Shown: in pieces, positions 13,801-25,881 of the stretch
How positions within the stretch are numbered: position 1 is the first letter of the stretch
How the letters are laid out: each line of letters starts with the position of its first letter
NCBI GenBank assembly: GCA_002633005.1
Contig: NMRA01000132.1
Span: 186,001-250,000, forward strand
Length of the DNA: 64,000 nt
Source of the DNA: Phoronis australis
Taxonomy: Eukaryota > Animalia > Phoronida
Direction: 5' to 3'
Program-made: the position numbers and the translations under genes
Notes under the pieces: model-generated
The model's database searches: none
What the model was told of the DNA's origin: nothing
Seen by the model: the letters and a program-made list of their open reading frames with translations, nothing else

Positions 13801-15237
13801 CTAGGGTACCGTATTTACACAAGAGTGTGCAGACGACAGCAAAAGTGTTTTCAATGAGCAAAGGGAGCTAGTGTAAAACTTACCATTTAGTTCTGTGCCC
13901 ACGTACCGCGGATGGTACCATAAGAACGCCAATCCTTTTAGCTTGGGCATTTGGTCTGCCTTGCACAATACCGACGTTTCTCTCCGTTTAGTGCCCTGTA
14001 ACTAAACCCAATTTCAATCCGTGCTTTGTATATAGTTAAGTAAGCGTGCGTCTCGTGTTCACAGTCCGGGCTAGAGTGTGTTTATTTTAAAACTCAACAC
14101 CAACTAGACAAGACGGAAAAAATTGGCTTGCATGCTCCTTACAGACCTAAAAATTCAAAACGTGTAATTATTCTCTCGCAGTACTGTCACGGGTGCTTCC
14201 AGAACATTGCGCACCCAGGTCCCTGAGGGGTATGCGACCCAATTTTTTACCTTCCTAAAGACATTATGCGTGTGTCGAATAGTGCGAAACCGTTATCTTC
14301 TACATGTGGTCTCGTGGCTATGATTTTCACGAAATTGCCACTCTCCCGGCGCGTCAACTTTACTGTAGCGATTGTTTTGAAGCGAAAAACAGAGTTACAG
14401 TCTGCTGTTGATTATTTCGTTCAAATTGAGAAATGAAGAAAAAACTTGTTAATAAGTACGGACAGTGTGTAAGAGCACAAATCCAACAAAGGACTTGCAA
14501 CGAGATACTTTTTCTTTTGCAGAAGGACTTAGAGTTCTTGTCTCAGACTCTTATAAATCGGCACGTGCTAGTAGGCCCAATGTCAAAGCAGCGTGCATTG
14601 ATTACGGCCAACGCATATTATACCCGCTATAACATAAAAGCTGCAGAAACTTGCAGAAACTGTTTTGACCCTGGTGCAATGTTGCCGAAGACTAGGACTA
14701 CTTTATGGCTCTGTCCTTATACACGTTTGATAGGAAACAGTTCCTCTGTAAGAAAACGTCATTGTTTATCAATTAAAAACAGATTTGGGTAAAATATAGA
14801 ACTGGTTAAGCAAACCTCCCAAGATTTAGACACACAGACAGGACCAATAGAGCGGTTTCCAAACGTGTCTCTTGGGGGGCGTGGAGGAGTAGGTCTAACT
14901 AGTCACGTCATGGGTGGCGCACCATAGGTGGATGGGGAGAAAATGTTGCTCAAATTCAAATTTTGGCCTCTGGCATGATGAACATGGAATAAAAAACTCA
15001 GTGATGCTCCATATTGCTTACATTTTTACGGGGCTCACCCAGATTGCTTCCAAAGTGTTACTGTAACTGTAAACGACTTTTTGCTTCAGATGCCCAGAGT
15101 TCAATTTGTCTGTTGAATTGGCACCTTTCTATGGCCGCCTTGGTTGAGAGGGGTGAGTGTCTATTGGAAAAGTCGACGAATAGTAAACCTGAATTGGGGT
15201 CCGCGTATGTCCTACGTTTTCCCACGGTTTGCCTCAC

Positions 15238-15421
15238 AATTGACCCATCGTCAGGATTTTGGGTGACGGCTTAACTGACCAATCAGAACGCAGCATTCGT
15301 GACACACCATCGTTTCCAAGCCGCCATTTTATCCGACAAACAACACGTTGCCGGGTAAAACTTATTGTTTGTTTGACGACATCGCGCTAGAGGCGGAGCT
15401 TGCGATACATGTAGGTCAATT
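15238..15421. mobile_element. MITE, about 184 bp, ends AATTGACC / GGTCAATT (copy 1)
   Basis: Full-length similarity to 20587-20769, shared CCGACAAACAACACGTTGC core. Confidence 0.8.
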
Positions 15422-17529
15422 CTTACTTTACCATAATTTTTGTTTAAAAAATATCACCTTTCTCATACCCATCGGCTGATGAACTGCTTGAAAACCTTAA
15501 TTTATAACAAACATCAAAACAGTCCAGGTAATTGCAATTAAAAATTTTACATTCTATCACTATGTGGCGTTGTGATTTTTAAAAAAGCTAATTTTATTGC
15601 TGTTTTGACCTATCTTGTTTGTTTAATTTGTTTAATGTGACCAAGAGTGTTTAAACCTGCCTGGTAAAATACCCGACACAACACTTGCAGATCAATAATG
15701 ACACACTGTACGCGAACACTAAGTTGTAACATTTTGTCATTTTTCACCAAATTTACTGGCATATTACACGACAGCGTGTAATTTTAAGCGCGGGAACTGT
15801 TTACTTCTGAAAAGTACACCAATGAATGAGGTGGAAAACGTCAAAATTATATTACAAGGTGCCAGTGCTCACAAATCCTGGTTGGAAATTAGAACAGAAT
15901 TTACGCTGGACGTTTTCTTTGAATAATATTGTGAATCTTTGTATCACGACCCGGTCTTTAATCTATCATCGCACCAGAAGTCATAAGCAGCGATCAGTTT
16001 GACTTGCCCTTACCCATCCGTGGGTGCAGTCATCATAAGGTGACGCTAAGAGCGTCCCAGAGAGTCCGCTCTAACCGTTTGCTCAACGTGCAGCAAAACA
16101 GTGAACGATGGCTACGTAGCGCGCACGAAAAAGGGACTCTCCTTCTACATGTACGCTTACAAGTACACGAGCACTTGCAAAACTTCTCTGATTTCCACCA
16201 GTTGCCCGTCCTGGTTGTTCAAAAATGTAAAAATATTGTACTTGAGTTCAGAAAATTGACAAAGTCAGCGTACAGTATTCTGATACCTAGATGATTAGTA
16301 ATACCAAACTGTGTTCCTGAATGAATCAAAGTACCATAACTTTGGGAACTCAAGTAGATCGTGCTCGATTGTTTCACCACGACGAGAGAATCCATTGTGC
16401 AGACAAAAGTAACGTCGACGATGCTGAGAACATAAAAGAATAAACATTACACGCACCCTAATTTTTCAAACAAGCCAGTATCAATCATTCCCTTTTCCTC
16501 TCTTAGGGTAACTTTCCTCATAGTACTTTTAGGGCAACAGTGATTGTTTCTACTCAAATTTCCACAAATCTAAATTTTTCTGCGTTATAAATGTCGCCGA
16601 AGTTCTTTGACGAGTCCAGTGAAGGCCAGGCTACTCGTATTGATACGTAGGGCATACTCTCGGTAATAAATGGTTTGATGGCCCGGCAGTCGTCGCATTT
16701 AAGTGTGTAGAGTTCGTGGCGAGCATAGAAAAAAGGACTGATCACGCTCATTCCAGCCAATATATCAGCTTAAGATCCGTCGATTTCATAACAGTTCAAG
16801 AAAAACTTGAATACGATCACCGAACGTCTGACCTGAAGTCCGTGAACGCAAACATTTGTGGCTCGCTGAGGGCAGGCAGGGAACCAGCGAGACATTTGTG
16901 GTAGAAAACTGCTGCTTATGCCTTAGTGTTAACTAGTCAAAGAAAGTTTTGTAAAATCGAGAACACCTTAAATGAAACTAAATGAAGATTTTATTGCTGG
17001 ATTAAAATGATACTCAAGCCCTGTTTCGATGATTTCATCCAAATCTCGATTTATCGGCCCGGCCTGCTAATGCATCATTGGCGACCCACTTTAATATTAA
17101 ACTGAGCTGGAATCAATTGAAAATTCATATTCTCTGAGTCAAAAATTGGATATTATGTTTTTGGTGGGTGGTCGTTCCCCGCAGTTGTTGTGTAACTCAC
17201 TTAAAGCGTACAGTGTAGGTCAAGCTTGTCCCTTTAGCAGGCTTTGTAAGAAGTTTTCAAATTTTGCTCCAAATTTTCTAGGATTGTCGTGGGTTACTGA
17301 GCACTATTTTGTTTCAGAGGACTGGATGGGGAAGTCGTTTTTAATATCTGTTAGTATGCCAAAACCGGGTTTGGTATCCTTTGCCGGGAAAGCTTAGGAA
17401 GAGAGACAAGCAGAAGACCCCATATAAGGCATGCTAGTTAGAAAGCGCGCACTGTGCTGCTCAGGCAACTAAGCCTGCGAAGGGCAGACCGTGGATGTGA
17501 ATCGGGTGACATTAGTACGCAAGTAATGA

Positions 17530-18570
17530 CTCAAACCCTCGAGTTCTTCATGTTGCCGTTGTCTCTGGACGCACTATTACATTGGTTCTCCATACGAAAA
17601 TTCTACAAGTCGCAGACGGGGACACTTAAAAAGGGCATGCAAAGTTATTTTGGCTGGCAGAATGGAACGAGAAATCACCTTACACGAATCGACAAAGCGA
17701 GAAGAAAGGACTCGAAGACCAAATTACAGAAGTTTAAGATGACAAACAAAGGTTGCCATAATGGGAGCAGCATGTGGAGGCTCATGTGGACTTAGCACAG
17801 CGTCGAGGAAGAATTTGGTGACGACAGTGGAGAGATCAGCTTAGAGGCATCGTCGTGGCCGTACTTACAGCGAGAACAGATGGCCCTCCAAGTGATGACT
17901 GAAGACTCATCAACTTCGGGGACCCGGTATCCGAGATGATTCTATAAGTTAGGGGTCGAAATTATCGATGAGGATGCACTCTAGCTGATGAAAGCACTTG
18001 GAGAGGGAGCACACAACGCCTGTGTTTCAGGTAATTTTCTAATTTTCAATGTAGAAGAAGACGAAATCCGAAAGTTATGGTCAAAGTAGCAGGTCAGTCG
18101 TTAAATTTTGTTACCGACACATCCGCCACAGTGCAACAATGGTCTCCTCTGATGTATACAAAAAGTTGCAGAAGCACTGCGTAGCTGAGCCAGTTCATTT
18201 CACGCTACAAGGTCACTCCGACCATGTGATCTCAGAGACGGGCGTGATTTTGGTTGATAAAGAGTACCAAGGACAAGATGCACAACTTCTCTAAATTGAG
18301 ATAGAGAGAAACAAGGGACTGTTGGGAAGAAATTGGCTGTGCCGAGATTGGAAACAAATTTACAAGGTGTATAGTGTCAGGCACTCACTTATCTATCCAT
18401 TTCCACGATTTGCTGTTGTCTAGAGGTCGAATTCTTTGAACCAAAAGTTGAACTATAGAACTTCCTTGCATGTTGCAGTCAAGCTTAAACCAGTGTCTCG
18501 GTCAGTTTGAAGAAGGCACGACCGGTGCCATATGCATTGCAGCCAGCTCTCGAGGAAAATCTTGACAATG
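17530..18570 (+). mobile_element. Decayed Ty3/Gypsy (Mag-like) gag-protease-pol remnant
   Basis: Frame-broken peptides: CCRCLWTH...GHLKRAC (zinc knuckle), VMVKVAGQSLNFVTDTSA (aspartic protease), EYQGQ, GLLGRNWL, KARPVPYALQPALEENLD. Confidence 0.85.
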
Positions 18571-18776
18571 CTCCGGAAACAGTAGCCAGTACTCGGCTCT
18601 GTTTAAGGGTTGGTTTACCGACTACGAAAGGAGGTATTTTGAGACGTGGATTTTGTTTCATCAAAAGTTACGTAAGACTTAAGCCACAAACTTTGTCTTA
18701 CGCTCCACACAAAAAAGTAATTAAATCTCACTTCGGGAAAAATACGTCACTGAGAATATACACATAGCTAACTGAG

Positions 18777-19017
18777 CATGCACGTACCCAGCCTTTAACA
18801 CGGGGGCTCGAATATTTGGCGATGCGGACCTTTTGCTGACAAAAAAGCGGGAGAACTGAAAAAGCGGGGTACCACCTTCAGAACTGTGCGCCTTTTTAGT
18901 GGACTTTTGTCTTGGTTGCTCGGACATTTTGTTTCTCTGAGGCGGACCTTTTTGCCCACTTCGCCAAATGGGGACCCACTTGAGCCCCCCGAGCCTCCCT
19001 CCCTGGGTTCGCGCATG
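18777..19017 (+). mobile_element. MITE, 241 bp, TIR CATGCACGTACCCAG / CTGGGTTCGCGCATG, 5-bp TSD CTGAG
   Basis: CTGAG at 18772-18776 and 19018-19022; second copy at 6787-7030. Confidence 0.88.
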
Positions 19018-20586
19018 CTGAGAGAATTTATATAAATTATTTGTAGGTGTTTTGTTGATGTGCAAATAGTCGGCTAAACGTTCTTTAAGTAATCATCAAG
19101 TGGAAGAGTAAGACGAAATTTCTGTCTGAAGTCTTTTGAGACTTAAAAGTCACTTTACATGAAAGAGTCCCGTGTTCGCAGTAGCAACTGGGTGTCGCAG
19201 CTATTGCCGTCGCATCAAAAGCTGACAAAATATTCGGTTATGTGGAAATCATAAACAGTTAATCTACATGTTGATGATGACATTTGCCGTTTGCCGACGG
19301 CTCAGGATTTGCTTCATTAGCTGGTTATAATGTTAACTACTTGAAATTATTGCTTACCTACACTGTACATTTGGTTCTAAGTGAACATGTTCAGGAGAGA
19401 CTGATAAACAACGCTTACAAGGGTGTGTGTCATTATCAAAAGTTTCCCAGCGGTGTTTCAGAATAGGACCGATCGAATTTTATTTGGTATGTTTGCTATC
19501 ACAGTTGACGATATTTTGATAAATTTTGGCAATGCGTTTTGTCATGGGAAATCATGTGCCCACTCCCAAAAGTTCATGTAATATGGTGTCACATTGCATT
19601 GAGTGAAGTGGAATACTTGTCATTAAACTGTACCGATGCGAAAATAGAGGCTGATGGAGCGGCATCAACACCACGTGTTAATGGTTTTCTATATTTTAAG
19701 GTGGCACTTGAGGTTTTAGTGGCTTCATTAAGTCTTCCCTGACAGCGCCCCGTAAATATCATGTTGGTCATTGTATCCAATTGTCTCAGTTTTACATGTA
19801 TTCAATTGTTTCTGTTTTACTTGTAAGTTGTGATTTACAAATAAATGTCTCCCCCCTCCTTATTATTATTATTACACAGATTATTTGAATTTAGTCGTTC
19901 GAGATACTTTAGAACCTTCCACGAAATTCTACTAAAATACAACAATGGACTATACTAACAGACAATAATTCTTAGGGAACATTCAGCGGAATTTTAACAT
20001 TAAAAGGGCGACCAATGCCGTGAACATGTATCGTACAACTCTTTAAAATCTCGTGAACTATGCGCCAGCTGCGCTGTACATTGCGGGAAGCCACGTAACG
20101 TAAAGTATACTGGCGTTCAATGTTTAAAGCTCGGATTGGTTGTAATTGTAGATACATGCACACTGTAAGACCTTTCTGGCATGCGAGTGGTGCTCGCCGA
20201 CTTGCAAATGTTTACAAATATTTGAAACAGGTCCCAAATACATTAAAGTTCCTAAATACTGCGTGCCTGCATGTGAAAGTGCGCCTATTTTCGAAAATTA
20301 GTGGAACACTTGAGTAAAAGATACTGAAGGAGCACATTTTCGAAATGTTATACACAAAACTGTCGACGTTAGCGTCACGGTGCATTTGTTTGGTGCTACT
20401 TATGTCTTACCTAGGCCTATTACGGAAAATGAGTTCGATAGAGCCATAATTAACAATTGCTAAAAGTGGACGAAAAAAACACAAACGCCCGATTTAAGAC
20501 ATGCACATAAACGAGGCGTATCCAACTGCGAACTGGGGTCAGTTTCATGAAAGTGACTAAGACGTGGTCTTATGCTTCCACTTGAC

Positions 20587-20769
20587 AATTGACCTGTCGC
20601 CAGAACTTTGAGTGACGGTTTAAGTGTGCAATGAGAACGTAGCATTCTTGACACACCTTCGTTTTCAAGTCGCCATTTTACCCGACAAACAACACGTTGC
20701 TGGGTAAAACTTTTTTGTTTGTGGACATTTCGCAAGGGGGCGGGGCTTGCGATACAATGTAGGTCAATT
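20587..20769. mobile_element. MITE, ends AATTGACCT / AGGTCAATT (copy 2)
   Basis: See 15238-15421. Confidence 0.8.
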
Positions 20770-22665
20770 GCTGAATGAAATAGCCAAGTAACTATGAGCG
20801 CATAAGTCTATAAATAAGTTATAGAAATTGTCAGTAACTAATGGCTATGTGACTATTGTCAAAGGCTTTGAGCTTTAACACAAGTGAGGTTCATTTATTT
20901 TTCAAAATTAGTTGTGTGGAGCGTAACAGCAAATTTCAATCTTAAGCAACTTTTCATGACACAGAATCCAGGTCTTAGAATTTCTCCAACCGGTAAGCAA
21001 AATGAACTGAAAGATCAGCTGTGGTTGATATAAAGCGCCCTAATCTTGGAACACTCCTGAATGTTCTGTTTGGGGATGAGAATCGTTTTCTATGATTGTA
21101 TGGGAAAGTCTGAGACGCAGTTTCGTTCACTAACCTGGGCCTAGCCTGGTCCTAGCCTGGTCCAATCTTTGCACCCGAAATAGAACTCGAAAACAGGTTT
21201 GACTTTTCAAACGTTTTCCGTTTTCACTCAGCATAACTGTCTATAATTCTATGCTCGAGTGAATTATGTACGGTTTACGCAGATAAACTGAGTGTTAAGT
21301 TCAACTTCGCACTTGATGGCCTCTTAACTCTTGGTAAAAATTCGAGTAACTCCAGATTTAGAGTAAAAACTTCAGATTTTGAGTTCAGACATGAACTTAT
21401 AGTTTTAATACTAGGGGTCTTCACGAGCAAGCTAGGATTAGACTGTTATTCGACTAAACAATAAAGTACTGAAACACAGATTAATAGACAATTATCTTGA
21501 GCTGGCTAAAAAGTAAAATCGAATATGTCAAAAACAATTTCAAGAATAAAAATTAGACTCCGAGCCCATTGCTGTCTTTTGAAGTGAATCAATGGCAAAC
21601 GTCGTCTCTTTTGTAGGCGATCTATGGCTACAGTGCACGTTCAGCCTTGGTTTATGGTTTCACCAGTTTCGCGGATCTGAATGGCCATGTTCTTCACAGT
21701 CAAATAAGCAGCTTCTGCACATGATTAAAGGGACCGACGTGACGTCATGGATGGAATTGATTCAATAGAACAACGTTTTCCCTTGTTATTTACACGCAGA
21801 CAAATTGGATTTATAAAACAAACACGTGCATATGCTGCGTTTAGATGAGGTGTGGTTGGCACATTTCGTTGATCGCGGCTGTCATAGTAGGTTCTTGCTT
21901 GCTGGAGGTATACTACCACGCATGACCTTCGCTCTCGGGTGTCTCACAACACTGAAGTTGGTGGGGTTACCACTTAATTAAACGGAGTAGCAAGGAGTGT
22001 TTACCTTCATTTAACTTGGACTGCAAGGGAAGCCAGGGCACTTGTTGATTAACATCAGAACCTCATATGTCATTAGCTGGTCGGATTCAACTGAAATTTT
22101 CACGAACTATGTTTTCTGCACTGCTCTGCAAATGGTGTTAGGAATCGTTTTGAAATGTTTCACTTTTGCACGAGGGACTATGCAAAATAGGATTTTCATA
22201 AAAATCAAATGTTGTATAAAACGAAAACAAACGACACTTTTGAGGTTTCTTCATGAAAATTTAGTCACGTTCTTGGTCACCGTTGTTTCGCTTGAATTTC
22301 TTACTAAATCTACTAATGCCAGGGCCCCGTGACCCAACACGAAATTTTTTTAAAAGTCTACACGAATTTTTTTAAAAGTCTACAGGCTTTCTACTTTTAG
22401 AAAATATAAAATTTTACAGTTACCTAAATTAGAAATTGTCTAAAGTTTTTTTGTATATTTGGCTACATAAACAGACCTGTCGATAAGGTATTACATAACC
22501 CTGACTTTAACAACTTGAACACGTGTCAAACTGGCAGGTCTCGGTGGCACTGAACACCCAGGCTGCAGCCGCGGCCATTTTTTAGTGCCAAAAATTAAAT
22601 TCTAGGGATAGGTCAGGCATGGGGGCAGTTTTGAGGTATGCGTTGCATGTGAGCTTTGTGAATCG

Positions 22666-22786
22666 GGCGTGCGTTCAGTAACGCTAGGACCTACGCTAGA
22701 ACACGTGTTTTCGCATACATGGCAATTTCACGCAATCTCGCGAAGTCTTGCTTTTTGGCGAGGTGCTAGCGTTACTGACGGAAGGC
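22666..22786 (+). mobile_element. MITE family with TTCAGTAACGCTAGGACCT TIR, copy 1 (internally deleted)
   Basis: TIRs plus shared AATCTCGCGAAGTCTTGCTTTTT core with 23665-23816 and 25727-25881. Confidence 0.8.
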
Positions 22787-23664
22787 TGGTTTGATTGCAT
22801 TCGTGAACATGTTTGGAATGAAAAAAGACCACTTGTTCGGCAGTAGCTGCCCCCTTCTTCAAGATGGCCGCCTCCTGTTACATTTGTCCACTGCTCAGAG
22901 GGTAGCGACTGAGGCTACAATTTCAGGTAGCCCTCTAACAAACAAGAACTGCAAAAAATATTTTGTTGACAGTAATTTTGAATTAATTTTTTTAATTCTG
23001 TTGGAAATTTGTTTTCAGAATCTAATGTATACCTTATGCCGCGAATCCGCGGACAAGTGGTAGTTTTGGGGTAACTTATAAAAGCGTCAATTTTTGTGTT
23101 TTTACCCCTTTTTCTTATCCTACCAGTAGGAGTGAAAGAGCCAGAATACAAGACAGAGTAAAGTTTCTGTGTTAATCTGTAGGACTTGTGATGTGAAATG
23201 ACTAATTTCATCCTTTGCATACGGTTTTCGACCAAGTAAAGAAAAGGTGACAAGACCACTGGTTTGGGTTCTGCTAGGCAAAACGGCAGTGAAAACCGTT
23301 CTGTGCCCCTTACAATATTGAAAAACTGTCCCTTGCAGCAGCATGGGAGCAGGCGGGCCTGGTTCTGAGGCTAGTTCGCTGGGGAGTCACGGTAGAATGG
23401 TAAGAAAATTCACAAACAGTCTCAAATTCAGCGGTTGGAATCAATTCCATGGTTTCGCAAGAACATATTCTGTAATGACCAATTGTTTATTTTTTCTATT
23501 TTCCCTCGTGAATAGTTGACTGCGCCGGATTTATAGTATTTAGTCTGACAGAATTTCTATTAAAGTACAAATTCCTGAGTCAATGCTATCACGGTACATA
23601 AACACGTCATTACCTATTTCCGAACACCAATTAGCCCAGTCGCCCCAGGCATTCTAAGAGTCCA

Positions 23665-23816
23665 GGCTTGCGTTCAGTAGCGCTGGGACCTAGACTTGGA
23701 CGTAGCTAAAATCTAGCCAAAATCACGTGTTCTAATTTAAAATACACGGCAATACCTCACGTAATCTCGCGAAGTCTTGCTTTTTAGCGAGGTCCTAGCG
23801 TTATTGGACGGGAAGC
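23665..23816 (+). mobile_element. Same MITE family, copy 2
   Basis: As above. Confidence 0.8.
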
Positions 23817-23891
23817 TGTACTTGCAATTCGGTTTCAAATGCTTCCACTAAGCCAGAAAGGTCATGTCAGTGCGTTTGACGTCATATGTAA

Positions 23892-24029
23892 ATGGGTGGC
23901 GCACCATAGGGGGCTGGGAGGGGGCTATACCCCCACTTTTTTAGTACTGAGCCTCCCGTGGTCTATGGGTGGTGCACCACAGGGGTGCTTGGAGCAATAG
24001 CCCCACTTTTTCAGTGCTGCGCCGCCCAT
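23892..24029. mobile_element. MITE related to 10697-10838
   Basis: ATGGGTGGCGCACCATAGGGG ... TGCGCCGCCCAT, two internal units. Confidence 0.75.
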
Positions 24030-24200
24030 TCCTATTAGCTCCTTTTTCTTCTTCTTTACACTTCACACTGGAAGTCGTGTATTCCGAAGTGGTTTTCCCT
24101 AGTTCATTCACTCACTAGTAAAACTGAGCTCAGAGGAGTAGGAGACAATTTTGTGCAATGTTCGATTGCCTGCCAGGAAAGTCAGGATTCGAACCGGGTC

Positions 24201-24795
24201 NNNNNNNNNNNNNNNNNNNNNNNNNNNNNNNNNNNNNNNNNNNNNNNNNNNNNNNNNNNNNNNNNNNNNNNNNNNNNNNNNNNNNNNNNNNNNNNNNNNN
24301 NNNNNNNNNNNNNNNNNNNNNNNNNNNNNNNNNNNNNNNNNNNNNNNNNNNNNNNNNNNNNNNNNNNNNNNNNNNNNNNNNNNNNNNNNNNNNNNNNNNN
24401 NNNNNNNNNNNNNNNNNNNNNNNNNNNNNNNNNNNNNNNNNNNNNNNNNNNNNNNNNNNNNNNNNNNNNNNNNNNNNNNNNNNNNNNNNNNNNNNNNNNN
24501 NNNNNNNNNNNNNNNNNNNNNNNNNNNNNNNNNNNNNNNNNNNNNNNNNNNNNNNNNNNNNNNNNNNNNNNNNNNNNNNNNNNNNNNNNNNNNNNNNNNN
24601 NNNNNNNNNNNNNNNNNNNNNNNNNNNNNNNNNNNNNNNNNNNNNNNNNNNNNNNNNNNNNNNNNNNNNNNNNNNNNNNNNNNNNNNNNNNNNNNNNNNN
24701 NNNNNNNNNNNNNNNNNNNNNNNNNNNNNNNNNNNNNNNNNNNNNNNNNNNNNNNNNNNNNNNNNNNNNNNNNNNNNNNNNNNNNNNNNNNNNNN
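24201..24795. other. Assembly gap (595 N)
   Basis: Run of n; ORFs spanning it are artefacts. Confidence 1.
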
Positions 24796-25164
24796 GTCCC
24801 TGCGTTGAACGCAGGGACAGACCGGCCTGCCAGCGCTCCGCCCTCGGCACCGCAGACCCCGCAAGCTGCCGGACTTGACCCCGTGGACCGCCGTCTGGGG
24901 AGTTTTAACACTGAGATACCCGGGACAGGACTAGGGACTGTATCCCGGCCTGCCGATAGACCCCACTGTATGCTTACCTTGGTTATATTTTCAAAGCACT
25001 TTTGAGAAAGCGACACAAATGGCCAATAATCGACACATTTCACAGCCGTCGTTTATCGAATGTAACCGGAAAACATCGAACAGAAATTTTCAAAACATTG
25101 AATACAATAGTAATGAACATTGAATACATATAATCTTATGAAACATAAATGTAGATAACATTGA

Positions 25165-25233
25165 ATATAAGATCAAATATAAATATAAGAAGATCACATA
25201 TAAATATAAGAAGATCAAATATAAATATAAGAT
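25165..25233. repeat. 21-bp AT-rich minisatellite, about 3 units (AAGATCAAATATAAATATAAG)
   Basis: Direct reading. Confidence 0.85.
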
Positions 25234-25726
25234 ACCCAATACATATAATTACATCAAACCTAATTTTTGAACATTGAATTTTGCAACACATAACACGCCA
25301 TATTCGAGGTGAAAACTGATGATTTGGAACATTTCTGCGTGTTTTTAAGTATCGGATGCACTTCCGGTATTCATAAAAGACGGAAAATTGTCTTTGTAAT
25401 GACTTTAAAGTACACTTTGTGCAAGGTTTTTGAAGTTATTCGGCCCAGTATACTATTCATATTTTCAGGTTTTACATTTCCGCCGGGGTACAACAAACTG
25501 TTGGAGCTACATAGTAACAGGACCTTGGTTTTCAATCCCATTTGAAGGTAGCAAAAACTATTGATTGCCATTTAATGCATCCTTGTTCGAACTTGTCGCA
25601 CTGCAGGTTCGACAATAGTACAGAGAAGTCATGCACAGCCAAGTCCCGTCAGCAGACGGACGCCGCCACAGCTCGATCAACGTACGAGAGCGACTTCGCC
25701 CATTTCCGGCACCTGTATTCGTTCCA

Positions 25727-25881
25727 GCCTCCCCTTCAGTAACGCTAGGACCTCGCTAAAAAGCAAGACTTCGAGAGATTACGTGATATATTGCTGTGTA
25801 TTTCAAATAAAATCACGTGACTTTGGCTAGATTTTAGCTAGGTCTTAGCGTAGGTCCTAGTAGCGTTACTGAACGCACGCC
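25727..25881 (-). mobile_element. Same MITE family, copy 3 (inverted); GGC/GCC ends suggest PIF/Harbinger
   Basis: Reverse-complement match to copies 1 and 2; flanks CCAG...CCAG, TSD ambiguous. Confidence 0.8.

Noticed and set aside
16554-16760. 68-aa minus-strand ORF with CxxC
   Set aside because: In-frame stop just upstream, no convincing splice sites, no recognised family.
24108-25043. Six long ORFs in the ORF track
   Set aside because: They are open only because they run through 595 N.
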